Source of the DNA: an archaeon
GTDB lineage: Archaea > Nanobdellota > Nanobdellia > Pacearchaeales > GW2011-AR1
Length of the DNA stretch: 33,239 nt
Assembly: GCA_043810775.1 (NCBI GenBank)
Contig: JBDRNU010000006.1
Span: 1-33,239 of the forward strand
Direction: 5' to 3'
Shown here: positions 33,159 through 33,239 of the stretch, in pieces
Numbering within the stretch: the stretch's first letter is position 1
Layout: each line of letters begins with the position of its first letter
Notes under the pieces: generated by a model
What the model saw: only the letters and a program-made list of their open reading frames with translations
Database searches by the model: none
What the model was told of the DNA's origin: nothing
Position numbers and translations under genes: made by a program

Positions 33159-33239
33159 TTATACAATCTGCTCAAGGAAACTTTCGCTGTCAAGCTCTAT
33201 TGATGTTTCTCCGCTGTAAGCATTACTTCTAACATAGCT
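33159..33239 (-). CDS. C-terminal end of a gene running off the window
   Basis: Open frame SYVRSNAYSGETSIELDSESFLEQIV* followed by a T-rich tract. Confidence 0.45.
   Translation of the reverse strand, partial: SYVRSNAYSGETSIELDSESFLEQIV

Overview
AT-rich archaeal chromosomal segment. Archaeal ribosomal proteins, RNAP subunits Rpo3/Rpo4/Rpo10, Rpp21, a XerA-type recombinase and TATA-led, apparently leaderless genes point to a small-genome DPANN archaeon; a Pacearchaeota/Woesearchaeota-like assignment is inference only. Core content: a rearranged L21e-rpoF-DUF655-S13-S4-S11-rpoD-tRNA-Leu-L18e-L13-S9 cluster, two paralogous MacB/FtsX-type ABC operons, a DEAD-box helicase, a cold-shock protein, a stand-alone 5S rRNA and four complete tRNAs, interspersed with many short accessory genes. 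Most notable: (1) a tRNA-Arg-like gene split by a ~1.1 kb insert carrying a LAGLIDADG endonuclease and a complete tRNA-Arg(CCT), with a second 49-nt double-hairpin insert in its T-loop; (2) a near full-length bacterial sigma-70 factor with altered promoter-melting residues, behind an archaeal TATA box and divergent from rpoN; (3) an intron-containing tRNA-Leu whose anticodon reads AAG; (4) an unassigned ~87-nt structured RNA and a family of C-GUNA-G hairpins at stable-RNA loci; (5) an uncharacterised paralogous protein pair, one copy flanked by a perfect 24-bp direct repeat. All calls were made by eye with no database searches.
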